Part shown: positions 17,233 to 42,330 of the stretch, piece after piece | Layout of the letters: each line of letters opens with the position of its first letter | How positions within the stretch are numbered: position 1 is the first letter of the stretch | Source of the DNA: the human T2T-CHM13v2.0 reference genome, Homo sapiens | Length of the DNA: 64,000 nucleotides | Assembly: GCF_009914755.1 (NCBI RefSeq) | Contig: NC_060937.1 | Reading direction: 5' to 3' (one strand) | The notes under the pieces: model-generated | Told to the model about the DNA's origin: nothing | Databases searched by the model: none | The model's input: only the letters and a program-made list of their open reading frames with translations | Program-made: the position numbers and the translations under genes

Positions 17233-17408
17233 TAAAGCTTGATGTAATAAAGACTTTTATGTCTGTACTTTATCTCAACATGTGAATGTCCTCATCACAC
17301 TTTAGAATTATGTCATTTGTGTGGCATGCTCATGACCTTTAGCAGTCTGCTAAAATCTTCCTAAAACATGACTCTAGTTATGTTATCTCCGCTCTTTAAG
17401 AACCAAAG

Positions 17409-17764
17409 TGTATTAGTCCATTTTCACACTGCTATACAGAAACACCCCAGACTGGGTAATTTATAAAGGAGAGAGGTTTAATTGACTCACAGTTCCACAT
17501 GATTGAAAAGGCCTCAGGAAACCTACAATCATGGCGAAAGGCGAAGGGGAAGCAGTCACCTTCTTCACAAGGAGGCAGAGGGAAGAGAGAGGGAGCGAAG
17601 GGGGAAGCACCCTTATAAAACTATCAGATCTCGTGAGAACTCACTCACTATTACAAGAACAGCATAGGGGAAACCGCCCCCATTATCCAATCACTTCCCT
17701 CTTTCGACACGGGATTACAATTCAAGATAAGATTTGGGTGAGGACACTGAGTCAAGCCATATCA
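17409..17764 (-). mobile_element. THE1D-like MaLR solo LTR
   Basis: tgtattagtccattttcacactgcta...gccatatca, 356 bp, TSD caaag/cagag. Confidence 0.88.
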
Positions 17765-18529
17765 CAGAGTCAAGTCCAAGTTCATTATTAGCTTGGTATT
17801 TGTGATCACACATTAGTTGGACCCATTTATTTTCTCTATCCCACCTATTTCCTCTACTTTCCAATACTTGCCATTCACTCTTGTTAAGACAACCTCACTA
17901 CAGTCTGCTTCATACACACAGACACCCCATGGCTCTTTTTTCTTTCTTAGTGTTCTTTCTCATTGTCTATGCCCTGTAAATTTCCCAATTAACATGTACT
18001 CATTTATTCAATCAACAGATATTTTTAAAATACAAGGTACAGGGAAGCACAGGTGAGAGCCTATATATTACATGTGTGTCTCCTTGCAGGTTTTTTACTG
18101 GAGCTTCTTTCATGGTTTCTTCAGCCCTGTTGTGATTCCTTCAGTAATACCACCTCCCTTTCAGACTGAGTGATTCTGTGGTTAGAGATCTGTGCCTATT
18201 GTAACTACGACATTTATCATGGTCTTTTTTAGCAATCTATATTTATGAGCATAAAGCCAAGTCGTTTTTAGCTAGGTTTAATAACCATAACAATAATAAT
18301 AATAGCAGCTAATATTTATTAAACACTGACTATGAGCCAAGCCCTTTTCTAAGCATTTCATGTATATTAAGCCATTGAATGCTGATGACATCAGCACAAA
18401 ATATTAGCTTACATACAGTGATGAGGCACTGAAAAGAATATTATGAAACTATAGGCTCTGAACTCTGTCAGTGTAGCCAACTGAGGTATGTTATTTGCTT
18501 AATCCAGTGAATAGTTGGATGCCATGGGG

Positions 18530-18945
18530 ACTGATTGGTTTGTAAGCAATAAGGTTATAATGTCTTTGATCCGCAATGTGTATCATCCAGAAATTTTATA
18601 AGCAGACTTTCAGTGCATTTACCTACCTCAGGCAAACACTTGAATAGGACAAGCAATGAATAAAGCCTTGTGAAACTTCTCTTTAGTTGCTATGAGTCCA
18701 TCAATTAATCCATTGTGAAATAATCTTTCAACTGATTGCAGATTGTCTGCCTGCAACATCATACAAGCCATATTTCTTTATCTTTTTCACAGCATATCAA
18801 AAACCCTGTCCAATGTCTTGTTGAAATTCATTTACACTATATCTATTGGATTCCCATAATCTACCAACTTAATTTATTTAGATGAAAAAAATAAGGTCAA
18901 TTTATCATGGTTTACTGGTGAATTTATGGTGGCTTATAGTGAATG
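18530..18945 (-). mobile_element. CR1/L3 LINE fossil, RT N-terminal region
   Basis: Minus-strand translation SHHKFT...GNPIDIV*MNFNKTLD ~ CR1 SQHGFT...GNAVDVVYLDFSKAFD. Confidence 0.75.
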
Positions 18946-19324
18946 TTATTTTTATTTCCCAAAAAGCTCATAAAGTCATACTATGATATATGGTAGAAAC
19001 TCTTCTAGAGGCTGACTTTAGTATTCCTTTCTTGAACTTTGGTAGGGTGAACTTTCCTTCAATTTCTGGAGCTGTCCTATTCTTTTGCATCTTTTCCCTG
19101 ATTCTAATCTTTCTATGGTTCTCTCATTCTGCATGATTCACGTTTATCTTATTCTCAATTCTGTGATCACAATGGCAAACTCTGGTCATATAGAACCACA
19201 TTGTTTTAAAACACTTCTCTGTTTTCTTCTGGACATCTTTGGTTTTTATTGGTGAAGATTTGAGGTTAGGGAGAAGCAAGGATTGCTAGAAAAGATAACA
19301 ATATTAGAAAATAAAACTGTGCAG

Positions 19325-19830
19325 CCTATCAGTTAGGTTCTTAGTTGCAAGCAATGAGGTGTTTATTGAGTATATTGGCTAGATTAGAGAGTCATTGGAA
19401 GGACTGGAGAATAGGGCTCAAGGCAAAGTTCCCAAGCACCAGATTCAAAATCAAGCTGCAGAACCATTCATGAGTAAACTGGTCTGTATCTGAGCACCAG
19501 AAGTGACTGTTTGCAATGCAGCTACCTCTGCATCAGGAATTTCAGCCTGTAGTCTTCGCTTTTGTACACACTGCCAGGGAGAGAAAATGTAAACCGCCTA
19601 GGCTTTTGCTGTCTTATGTCCCATGTCTAGACTCTAAGTCTGGCACTTTGATTGGCAGATTCAAGGTTAACATGCCTCACTCTCGGTGCAAGGGAGGCTG
19701 GAGAAATAAGTATCCAACATATTGTGCTCCTATAAAGGGAGCTGGTCTTGGATTGCAGCCCAAACTCATGAAGTGAGGCATTCCCCAAACATAAAGAAGT
19801 TCACTATAGACAGTAATGTGTAAGAAAAAA
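19325..19830 (-). mobile_element. Probable ancient MLT1 (J/K-like) LTR
   Basis: Begins tatcagttaggttcttagttgcaagcaa, as the reverse strand of old MLT1 LTRs does; highly diverged. Confidence 0.4.
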
Positions 19831-19879
19831 AATTCTAGCTACAAGAGTTCATCTGTCTGGGATCATCTCATGTAAGTGA

Positions 19880-20075
19880 AAACAGTCAGTCCATATACCT
19901 TAATATCTTCTGACAGTATAATGAGATAGATTACCACTTTCAGTGTTCAATTACAGAATTTGAGACTCAGAAGGCTTAAGTTACTTGTCCTAAGTCACTC
20001 ACTCACAAAGTTTCAGAGTGAGGATATGAACTGAAGTCTCTATTTTAAAAATCTGTGATTTCTTCATTATAGCAT
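19880..20075 (-). mobile_element. MIR SINE
   Basis: tgagactcagaaggcttaagttacttgtcctaagtcac. Confidence 0.6.
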
Positions 20076-20134
20076 TGAGAGGTTTTTCATAGAGAAGTAT
20101 TTATTAAGTAGATGTTGGCACTAATAATCTAGCA

Positions 20135-20510
20135 ATTTTTTTCCAGCCTTTGTTTTAGGTTCATGGTGTATATGTGCAGGTTTGTTACATGAGAAAATTG
20201 CATGTCACAGGTGTTTGGTGTATAGATTATTTCATCACCTAGGTAATGAGCATAGTACCCTACAGGTAGTTTTTTTATTTTTACCCTCCTCCTACCCTCT
20301 ACACTTAAGTAGTTTCTGGTGTCTGTTTTTCCCTTCTTTGTGTCCACGTGTAATCCCACTTATAAGGGAGAACATGTGGTATTTGGTTTTCTGTTCCTGT
20401 GTTAATTTACTTAGGATAATGGCCTCCAGCTCCATCCATGTTGCTGCAGAGAACATGATCTCATTCTCTTTAGGGCTGCATAGTATTCCATAGTATGTAT
20501 GTACCACATT
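20135..20510 (-). mobile_element. L1PA15/16-like 3' end (copy 1)
   Basis: Antisense 3' UTR; ORF 20292..20507 FSAATWMELEAIILSKLTQEQKTKYHMFSLISG is the ORF2 C-terminus. Confidence 0.9.
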
Positions 20511-21260
20511 TTTTTTAAACTTGTATTTTAAGTTCAGGGCACATGTGTAGGTGTGTTATATAGATAAATTGTGTGTCACAGGAATTTGGTATACAGATTA
20601 TTTCATCACCCAGGTAATAAGCATAGTACCTCACAGGTAGTTCTTCCATCCTCACCCTCCTTCCACCCTCAAATCATCCCTGGTGTCTGTTTTTCCCTTC
20701 TTTGTGTCTATGTGTACTCAACATTTAGCTCCCATATATAAGTGATAATAACATGTGGTATTTGGTTTTCTGTCTGTGTGTTAGTTTGCTTAGGATAATG
20801 GTCTCCAGCTCCATCAATGTTGCCGTAAAGGCCATGATCTTGTTCTTTTTTATGACTGTATAATATTCCACGGTGCATTTGTACCACATATTCTTTATCC
20901 AGTCTACTGTTGATGGGCATTTAGGTTGATTCCATGTCATTGCTATTGTGAATAGTGCTGGGATGAACATATGTATGCATGTGTCTTTACAAAGAATGAT
21001 TTGTATTTTTTTGGATATATAGCAATTAATGGGATTGCTGGGTCTAATGTAGTTCAGTTTTAAGTTCTTTGAGAAATTGTCTGTGTTTCCACAATGGCTG
21101 AACTAATTTACATTCTCACCAACAGTGTGTGTTTCCTTTTTCCCACAACCTTGCCAGCATCTGTTATTTTTTGACCTTTTATAATAGCCACTCTGACTGG
21201 TGTGAGATGATATCTCATTATAGTTTGGATTTGCATTTATCTAATGATCAGTGATGTTGA
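20511..21260 (-). mobile_element. L1PA15/16-like 3' end (copy 2)
   Basis: Second 3' UTR; ORF 20725..20970 MFIPALFTIAMTWNQPKCPSTVDWIK is the ORF2 C-terminus. Confidence 0.9.
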
Positions 21261-21262
21261 TT

Positions 21263-21398
21263 GCACGCACCTGCTACTACGCCCAGCTAATTTTTTTGTG
21301 TTTTTAGTAGAGACGGGGTTTCATCATGTTGGCCAGGCTGGTCTCAAACTTCTGACCTCAGGTGGTCCACCTGCCTTGGCCTCCCAAAGTGCCCAGCC
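21263..21398 (-). mobile_element. AluS left-arm fragment, no tail
   Basis: cccagctaatttttttgtgtttttagtagagacggggtttc...ctcccaaagtg|cccagcc. Confidence 0.88.
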
Positions 21399-21984
21399 AG
21401 CCAATGCGCCAGCCAGAACTCAGATTCTTGATAACTGAACCCAACAAAAACAAACCCACTGGAACAGTTGCAGTTTCAATATGAACGATTCCATTTTGTT
21501 TCTTAGATCTGTCTTCAGGTGTGTAAGAGTCCATCCTTAGTTCCTTACAAGCTTGCCTTTCTTTTTAAAGGATGCAGGTGGTATTTTAGCCAGAATTTCT
21601 AGGTGTTTTGTAAGAAGAGGTTTGCCATTTCTTTTTGCAGATTGTCTTTTCTGTAATTTTTCAAGAAAATGCAGTGTACAATTTTTTGAAAATTACATAA
21701 AAACTATAATTTTAAAAGAATAGACTCCTACTATAAAAATCTTATTTTAGTATATCCTCTATTCTTTGAAACTAAATTGTTTTTTCTGAAGAAGAAATGA
21801 ACAGCAACATAACAAAATTTAAATCATGACAATTTCAGCAGTTTTAATGGTGCTTCATTCTTGGCAAAATGTTAGTAGTTATTACAATTTCAAATCACTT
21901 TAATAAATACCTTCCATGTGTTAGAAGACAACCTTATATTTTCAAAAACAATGCACATTTTCTTAATAATGATAATAATATATT

Positions 21985-22505
21985 TTAATAAATTTATTAA
22001 GCTATAACTGACACATAATAATTTGTGCATATCTAAAGAAGATATAATTAAGTTTTGACATATGTATGCACCTGTGAAACCAGCATCATAATTAAGATAG
22101 TGAACATATTCACTACTCCTGAAAATTTCCGTGTGCCCCTTTGTAATACCTTTTTCCTGCCTGTGTCTAACACCTCAACCCTGTTTCTAGGCAATTACTC
22201 ATGTGCTTACTGTCACTATGAATTCATGTGAACTTTCTAAAGTTTTATATAAGTTGACATAGTATGTACTCTTTTATGTCTGTCTTCTTTCCCTCAACAT
22301 AATTATTTTGAGATTTATCCATGCTGTTATGTATATGAATAGTTATTTTTATTGATGAGTAGTATTCCATTGTACTGATATGTCCTACTTTGTTTGTCCA
22401 TTCACCTGTTGATAGACATCTGTGTTGTTTCTAGTCTGGAGCTCTTATTAATGCAAATAAAACTTCTATGAATATTTCTGTATAAGTCTTTGTATGGACA
22501 TATAG
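21985..22505 (-). mobile_element. L1MB/MC-type 3' end
   Basis: cacctgtgaaaccagcatcataattaagatagtgaacat...gagtagtattccattgta...ccattcacctgttgatagacat. Confidence 0.8.
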
Positions 22506-22579
22506 AGGTAATGAACATGCTCATTGGTTGTAGAATGTGAGAAAGAGAGATTTTTGGCCTGAGCAACAGAGATAATGTA

Positions 22580-22919
22580 CAATCATGCATTGCTTAATGA
22601 CAGGGATACATTCTAAACAATGCAACATTAGGCAACTTCATCATTATGGGAACATCATAGAGTGTACTTACGCAAACCTAGGTAGTATAGCTTACTACAC
22701 ACCTAGGCCACACACCTATTGCTCTTAGGCTACAAACCTACATAGCTTGTAACTGGACTGCATACTGTTAGCAGCTGTAACACAATGGTTAAGTATTTGT
22801 GTATCTAAACATATCTACATAATGAAGGGGTCCAATAAAATACAGTATTATAATCTTATTTGGACCGCCAATGTAAATTTCTGTTGTTCACCAAAATGTC
22901 ATTCTGTGGCATATGACAA
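22580..22919. mobile_element. Tigger3a (MER7-type) DNA transposon fossil
   Basis: TIR-like caatcatgc...atatgacaa flanked by TA; internal gaacatcatagagtgtacttacgcaaacctaggtagtatagcttactacacacctagg. Confidence 0.85.
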
Positions 22920-22989
22920 TACTTGCCATGGATTATGAAGCAGAAAGTTGCAAGAATGACAGGTTTTGCTGCATTTAGGGTGTTGAGTA

Positions 22990-23153
22990 TAATTCAGTAA
23001 TTTAACTTTGGACAGTCTGAGTTTGAGGCACTAGTTAGAAATCTAGGTAGAGATGTGGAATAAGCTATTGGAAAACTGAGGCTGAAGTTCAAGGGTGAGG
23101 TCTATGCTTGAGATAGAAATTTGAGAGTTGTCAAAATATATGTTACTTAAGGT
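22990..23153 (-). mobile_element. L2 fragment (split by MLT1D)
   Basis: tttggacagtctgagtttgaggcactag...ggtagagatgtggaataagc; continues after 23640 (cataagattggatgacatca). Confidence 0.6.
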
Positions 23154-23636
23154 TGTGATAGGCAGAATAATAGCATCCAAAGATATCTATTTCCTGGTTC
23201 CCGAAATCTGTGATTATATTATCTTATGTGGCAAAAGGGACTTTGCCAATGTGATTAAGTTAAATATTATGTGATGGGATTATTATCCTGAATTAATCAC
23301 AAGGGTTCTTATAAGGGGAAGGCAGAAGGGTCAGTGTGGGGTTGGGGCCGGGCAGGAAAGAGAGAGAGAGAGAGAGAGACTTGAAGATGCTACACTGCTG
23401 GCAGTGAGGATGGAGGAAGGAACTATGAGCCAAGGAATGCAGGCAGCCTCTAGAAGATAGAAAAGGCAAGAAAACAGCTTCTCTCCTAGAGCATCCACTA
23501 GGAACCTAGCCTGCTAACACCTGGATTTTAGCCCAGTAAGTCTTCTGACCCTCAGAACTGTAAGATAACAAATTTATGTTGATGTAAACCAGTAAGTTTG
23601 TAGTAATTTGTTACAGCAGCAATAAAAATTAATATA
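23154..23636 (+). mobile_element. MLT1D-like MaLR solo LTR
   Basis: tgtgataggcagaataat...atgtggcaaaagggactttgc...gagccaaggaatgcaggcagcctctagaag...ttgttacagcagcaataaaaattaatata. Confidence 0.88.
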
Positions 23637-26600
23637 AAGCCATAAGATTGGATGACATCAGCTTATGGAGTGAATGACAACTGATATACATGTTTAAAAT
23701 ATGGCAGAAATACCTAAAAAGTACAAATATTGAAAATATTTACTATTTTAAAAGTGTCTATAGTTCCTCTTCTAGAACTCTTCTCAGCAAGTGAATGTCT
23801 AGGTACCTTCTCTTTCACAGAACACATATCTGTGAGACCATGCCATGCATGAATGTGATACAATTACAACATTGTCTTCTTTGGAACCTTGATTTCTATT
23901 TCCTGTGGATGCTTTATTTTTCACCCATGCTGTTTTAATGGCCAGTGTGTTCCAAAATGTGCTATTCCTGTTATTTGCCCTTTATCTATATTGCTGTGTT
24001 CCCTTTTGTCCCACTGGTTACAGAAGCTACATAGACTAAATTCAATTGTCACTTCAAATCACTTTCGGCCCTGTTGGGATGCAGATGAGGCAAGGTTTGC
24101 TTACTGTGACATTTTAGCCTTGGATCTAATTGTTTTTCTTTACTTCATCTCCAAGATTTTGAATTGTTGTATGTCTTGATCACTAGGTCCACTTCTTGGT
24201 CTCTAGCTGTTTGGATACTTTTCTGGCTTCTGGAAAATTACACCTTGTTGTTTGTCACTATACTGCCTTAACTTCTTGGTTCTTAGTTGTTGACCTGTTT
24301 CTAAGCATATATGCTCATCTTTGATTTGTCTTCCTGGTTTTGAGACTTTAGCTCATATCTTTTAGGTATCCACTGTTTCGTTTAGTCAGCACAACATGGC
24401 CACAGATAGTTCTAAATTAAAGAAATAAGATTTAGAGTTTAGACAATATATGCTCAGGGATCCCAGTGGCAAAGCCAGGTTTGAATTGCAAATCAGTCTG
24501 ATGAAAAAGTCCATGTTCTTTGTTGTTACTATACTGCTTGGACTCTCTTACTCTCAGCCTTGTGACAGTTGACTTGCTTCTGACAACTTCTTTCCCTCAG
24601 GTAAACCAAGGAGGCCTTCATGCTTCATGTGTCAGTCCCAACCCAACTTCTCACTGCTGCTCTTCTGACAAATGAACATGATTCCGCTGTTACCTGCCTC
24701 TATCTGTATTTATGTTTTATAAGTTATTTACACATTTTAGCTAAAGACATTTAGAACATTTGAGTTTGCACTGATTATGTTTTTGACAATTGCATTTACT
24801 AGTAAACCTTCAGTTCTTCCTCTTGCTAACATAGTTGGAAGGAGGGTTCTTTTATTATTGAAATAACCAAAGTCCTTCACTCCATTGCTTGCAACTCCAA
24901 AATTTTACTTAACAAAAAACTATGTCATTAAGAATTGTCATAGTTTCAAAACGTTACCATTATGCCTAACAAACTTATTTCAGTGACTGCTCCACTCATT
25001 TGTTATATCTTACTTAACTCCATGTCAAAGACCAGGCTCTCCACTAAAGATAGAAACCCAAGAGGTGCAGAAGCTAGTGAGTCAGCAATACAGTCTCCCT
25101 CCCATCTCAGGAGCTTACTTGCAAGAGATGAAATGTGAAGCTTCTATAATAAAAAAGTAGCATCAGAATTGTTATTTTTATTCAACCTTTACATAACTTG
25201 AGTATTCTCAGTCTCCAAATCTAGGCTGTTTCTTCAGGCAGTGGCAGGCCTCCAAGGAGAGCTTTCACATGTCAGGAGTTCTGGTGGGTCTGAATAATGT
25301 CTCTTGAGGTTGTTTCTGATTTCCTCAATGGGCCCCTGTTGACCTCACTATGAAACCTGGGGAAAAGTAGGGCTCTGTTTGAGGCAGGTAAATGCTCAGA
25401 GCTCTTGGGAAGGGGCCAGCATTAATGATGATTATGTAGCAGGTTGAAAGTGATCTTTGGGCTCTTTTCCATGTCAGGAATGCCTCAAACACAGCTGATG
25501 TGGGAGGCTCTGCAGACCCCAGAAGCACCACTCGTGTTTTAAGGGGAGTAAACTCCTTTTCACACTACCTCTGCCGTAAGGACACACAAAGATGAATGGC
25601 CAGCCTGAATGACAGGGCTGCTTCTCTCTGCAAGCTGCATACAGAACGCTTTGTGTTCATGACGATTGCAATACTTCCCTTCTGGCAGAGGGAAGCTGGC
25701 TTCTCTAGAGCTGCGGAAAGTAACGCTTGTTTCTGAATTGGTTAGAGTTCAATCTCAATTATGTCTGGAAACAACACACACTCCTTTCCCCCTTCTGTAT
25801 GACTGCAGTGTTAATTTCAAGTGAACTTGTGCAAGTTACTTTAAAGTTGAAATAGCCACACAACACTGACATTTATTGGGCACTCCCTTTGGAGCCTTCC
25901 TGGCAGCATGGCCACAGAAGGTGTTGCCTCTACGCCAGGGGCTTGGAGCCTCACTCTTTCCAGTCTTCATGTCCCACCCTACAGCAAGGCTGGAAGAGAT
26001 TATTTGCACAGGATCATATTCAATTCTGCCTCTCCTCCACCCACACAAAGCCTAATTTCAACTTTTCCCCAAGTGGTATGAAGCTGGAACCCCAGATCAA
26101 GTCCAAGAAAGAAAAAAAAGATATTATAATTTAATTTGCTTGCCATTTAAAAGGCATTTTTATTATGCAGATGGCTGGATTCTTGGATTTTCATGAGGTA
26201 GTACGCTTACCAGCATTAACATAACTCTAATTTTTTCTACCTTTATTGTTTTTTAAAAGCCTTAGTATTTCAGCTGACCATGTTTCTGAATTCCTTTATG
26301 CCCCTCTAAAACATACTTTATATAAACCTTGATCTGATGAAGAAATGCATGTAATATTTTAAAAAGGCACACAGCACAACAGTCATGAGTTGCACCTGTT
26401 TTTAGTATCTGCACATACTCAGCCAGGGCGTGTCATTGAATCAGCCCCTGCAGCTGTTGTTTTGCCATTAAAAAAATACTACTCTATTCATGTAGGTTTA
26501 AGCTTTGTGAACTCTAACTTGGACTTGTTAAAGGAAGGTTCTAAGACTCTGTCTGGACTGCTGATAATAGGTTAGATAAAGATCCAACATTAGCCCTCAC

Positions 26601-28393
26601 ACAATTACATTTACAGGAATGGGAGGAAATCTCTCAAACAATATAGAGTCCAGAAGACAGCAGATGTGGACCTTGCAAAATTAATGATTAACTGCATGCC
26701 AGTGTGTTTGTCAGGGAACAGTGCTGCTCTTTAAGGGCTTATATAGTCTATGAAAGAAATTAGCTCATGAGAGGACTCATAAGGACAAAAGAAAAAAACT
26801 TAAGTAGAGGCTTGACATATCCTGCTTTTCTCACAGGGCAAAAAGTTAAACATAAAGCTCTCCTTTTAATAGTGTGAAGTTCTGACTCTGAAGCTGAGGC
26901 AGATCATCCACTTGTTAAAACAAGATATGAACATTCTTGTTATTCCTTAAAGGGGGGAGGGAATAGCGTGCACTCAGAATGAACTCTAAATGTACTAGAA
27001 AGAAGGGGGAAATTATTGAACAATTATCCTAGACGTTGAAGACTGAAACCAAAAATTATTATAGGAGTGACAGGAAAGTAGTAAATAAGACTAGATGTTC
27101 ATAATTTGTTATCCCCTTTGATTATATGGGCTTTGAAATGCCCAGAAAGTCTAATCAAAATTCACAGGTAAAACTGGAGATAAGTATGAGTTAAGTACTA
27201 GTAGGCTTGTAATTGATTAAAGATGTGTTGCAAGGAACACAATCTTCTAAAATATCTAGTTAAAATGAATTTTATAAGAATGATAATTTCTTCACATGAC
27301 CTAAATTCCCTTTTAAAAATCCCAATTATGGTTCAGCAGATTAAAGATAGTAGAAATCCAGGAATTGCTAAGACAAATATAAATCGTGTAATGTTCATTT
27401 GGCTGAAGAACTGCTGGGATCCCAATTCCTTGCCAGCCCTGCAGACCCTCCAGAATGCATTTGCTTACTTGAGCCAGCACATCTTTGTAATGACAAGGTT
27501 CAATCCATAAGCCTGGAATGACTGTTCACAGTCTGGTAATTTATTTTATTTATTTTTATTTTTTAGGGAGGAGTAAGTTCAGTAGAATTAGGAAGAGGGA
27601 GATTGGAATTAGCAGTAGGAGAATATTCTAAAAGGAACTAATAAAAGAGGAGGAGATGCTTTGATTTTTTGCCTTACATCCAGGTTCTTCTATCAAGTTT
27701 CTAAACTTGTTCTTCTAACAAGTTTAGATGCCATCCTCCTGCCCCCCATCCTGATTCTTCCATCTAGAGATGCTGGCTTGTTCGCTGGTTCTCCATATGT
27801 GTTATCTTTATAATTACTATCTACCTCCTGAAATTAACCATTCCAATATGCATTACTATTTTTCTTTTTTGAATTTAATTTACTTTTGTCTTTATTATGT
27901 TGTTGTACTAGTACATTCTCTTACGCTAATTATTTTTGTTTCTTTTGCAACATATTTTAAGTTTCTTGGGGACTGAAAAGAGTTCCTTGTGCATTCCCTG
28001 AGAGCTATCTGGCAGGAACTAGACATGATGAAATCAATGATTAAATAAAGCTGAAGAACATGTGTTTTATTACATTTAATTACATTTACATTATTTCTCC
28101 TTGCAATGTTAGCTGGTGTAGTCTGCTTTGTATAACAATAAAATGGCCACATTGTGGCTTCTGAGACTACTCCTCTTCCTACCAAATCTCATTTCCTCTG
28201 GCTCCCTGACTTTGGTCCTGAGATTGTTCCTGCCTCCCCAGGTTTCTTGCCTTCCCTCACTACCTGAGCCAGTGTCAGAAGACATGGGATTGGACACTGC
28301 TTTTAAATAATATACATGTGGTCTCCTTTCTTTGTGTTTATAATTGATAGCTGTCTTTATAGTATCTGAATGTGAAAAGAGATGCAGTATGGG

Positions 28394-28620
28394 TGATATG
28401 GTTTGGCTCTGTGGCACCACCCAAATCTCACCTTAAATTGTAATAATCCCCATGTGTCGTGGGAGGGACCCAGTGGGTGGTAATTGAATCATGGGGCTGG
28501 GTTTTTCCCATGCCATTCTCATGATAGTGAATAAGTCTCACGAGATCTGATGGTTTTATATAAGGGAGTTCCCCTGCACACGCTCTCTTGCCAGCTGCCA
28601 TATAGGACATAATTTTGCTC
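28394..28620 (+). mobile_element. THE1 (C/D-like) LTR, 5' part only
   Basis: tgatatggtttggctctgtg...gtgaataagtctcacgagatctgatggttttata; stops abruptly, no CA end. Confidence 0.88.
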
Positions 28621-29348
28621 TTTATTTCTGATAGCACATCTGCCAAAATACCATAGTCATGAATATAGGAGATGGCCAGTAGATGCCGTGAGGGGTTGGA
28701 AAACTAGAATTTCATATCTGGAAAAGTGATTTCTAGATTTTGGAACTTTATCATCTAGTAAATTTTTGAAAATTGGGGTATGGAGTTTAAAAGTATTTCA
28801 TTTTTTCAAGTAAGAATGTTAAGAAAATCAACAAAAATAATAACTGTTTCACATTGTTCTTTAATAATTTTTATTAGAATTAAAATTCAATATATCTCAC
28901 TTTCTGGAAAAAATCACATTATCTTCATTTTTCTTATTTTTCTAAGGACTCTGGGAACTTCATGATGGACCACCACTAGTTCATGTTTTAGCATTAGGAA
29001 CTTCTGGCCTAGAGCAAGCAGAAGAGACTTAAACTCAAGTTCCCTTTTGTCACCTTGCTGGCTGGGAGAGTGGGCCCTATTTTGTCTAGAGAGTCTTTCC
29101 CATGATCTCTTACTGAATAGGTGAAGAGAAAATCCTCAGGAGAGACTTGGGAAGAGAAAGGGCTCAAACACAAGCAAGGAAAAGTAGGAGAGCCTGTAAG
29201 AGAGCCCAAGGTATAGCTTGAATATCTCACATTTCTGAATCTGTTGGGAAAAGCTGGGGAGACTCTTGCAGCACCAGTTGTTGAGATAAGACTTTATCCC
29301 ATCTGAGATATGTACACTCAGTTCTGCTATAGTGTGACATATGTTTTT

Positions 29349-31744
<2,396 letters not shown>

Positions 31745-31749
31745 ATTGT

Positions 31750-41475
<9,726 letters not shown>

Positions 41476-41829
41476 TACATATTAATACATTTTAAACAAC
41501 AGCAAGTTCAGCAAACAAGGGATGTAACTTCAAACCTAAGGAAACTCTTTGCCTGTATGCAAACCAGACATTAAATTTAGACTCTGACTCTTGGTATCTA
41601 GAAAGAATAGTCTTATACCCCTAATTCCATAGCCTGGGGAAGTCTAAGCCTCCCAAGATTTCCATGGGCCTCCTAGTTTCTGGGCTCCTAAATTCTCAAT
41701 TTTTTAAATCCATTGACCCAGATGTGAAATTCAACAGCCCCAAAGAATAAGCTCATAAAAAGAATTGGCTTCCCCTTGAGTTTTGTCAATGGGGTGGGGG
41801 GCACCAGTGGAAAGAGGGAAGGGTGTGTG

Positions 41830-42110
41830 TGTTCCATGTTCTAAGCCCCCAGCTTCCTTTCTGTGGTCACCATGGGCTGACCATGTCCCAGACAGAAGGT
41901 CATAGCTTCCGAAAGATGGTCTTCATTGCACAGTTCACTGATAACCACCACCTCCTCTGCAACTTTGTATCAGGATAGTAATATATTTCCACAGGAATTA
42001 GCCCTGGAAGTATTTTGTGGCTTCCTTGCACCTTCCTCATAGATTTGTTAAATTCTCCAAGTTCCAACTTGTAAGTGCCATCTATTTTTTGCTGCAGCCA
42101 TGATTAGAGT
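41830..42110 (+). mobile_element. LTR33/LTR16-like ERVL LTR fragment
   Basis: 3' end ttgttaaattctccaag...aagtgccatctattttttgctgcagccatgatt resembles the LTR33 terminus and is reverse-similar to 49597-49650. Confidence 0.45.
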
Positions 42111-42330
42111 ATCTGGATACGAATTTTGCTTCTATTACTTAGAGTTTAACCTTAAGCAAGTTACTTAAACTGCCTGGTTTCAGTGACATCATCTATAAAA
42201 TGGAGGTTTATTGTAAGAGTTTAAGTTTGCTCTTAAAGTTAGATGAGATTATATAGGTAGACAGAGATCAGTATAGTACAAAGAATATAATAAATAGTGA
42301 ATTGAAGCAATAACTATTGTAATTGTTACT
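42110..42330 (+). mobile_element. MIR SINE
   Basis: accttaagcaagttacttaaactgcctggtttcagtgacatcatctataaaatgg. Confidence 0.7.

Noticed and set aside
18040-18150. Splice-like signals (cacag/gtgaga; ctccttgcag/g), similar ones at ~24600 and ~46967
   Set aside because: Isolated consensus matches are expected by chance; I could not support a coherent exon chain or reading frame.
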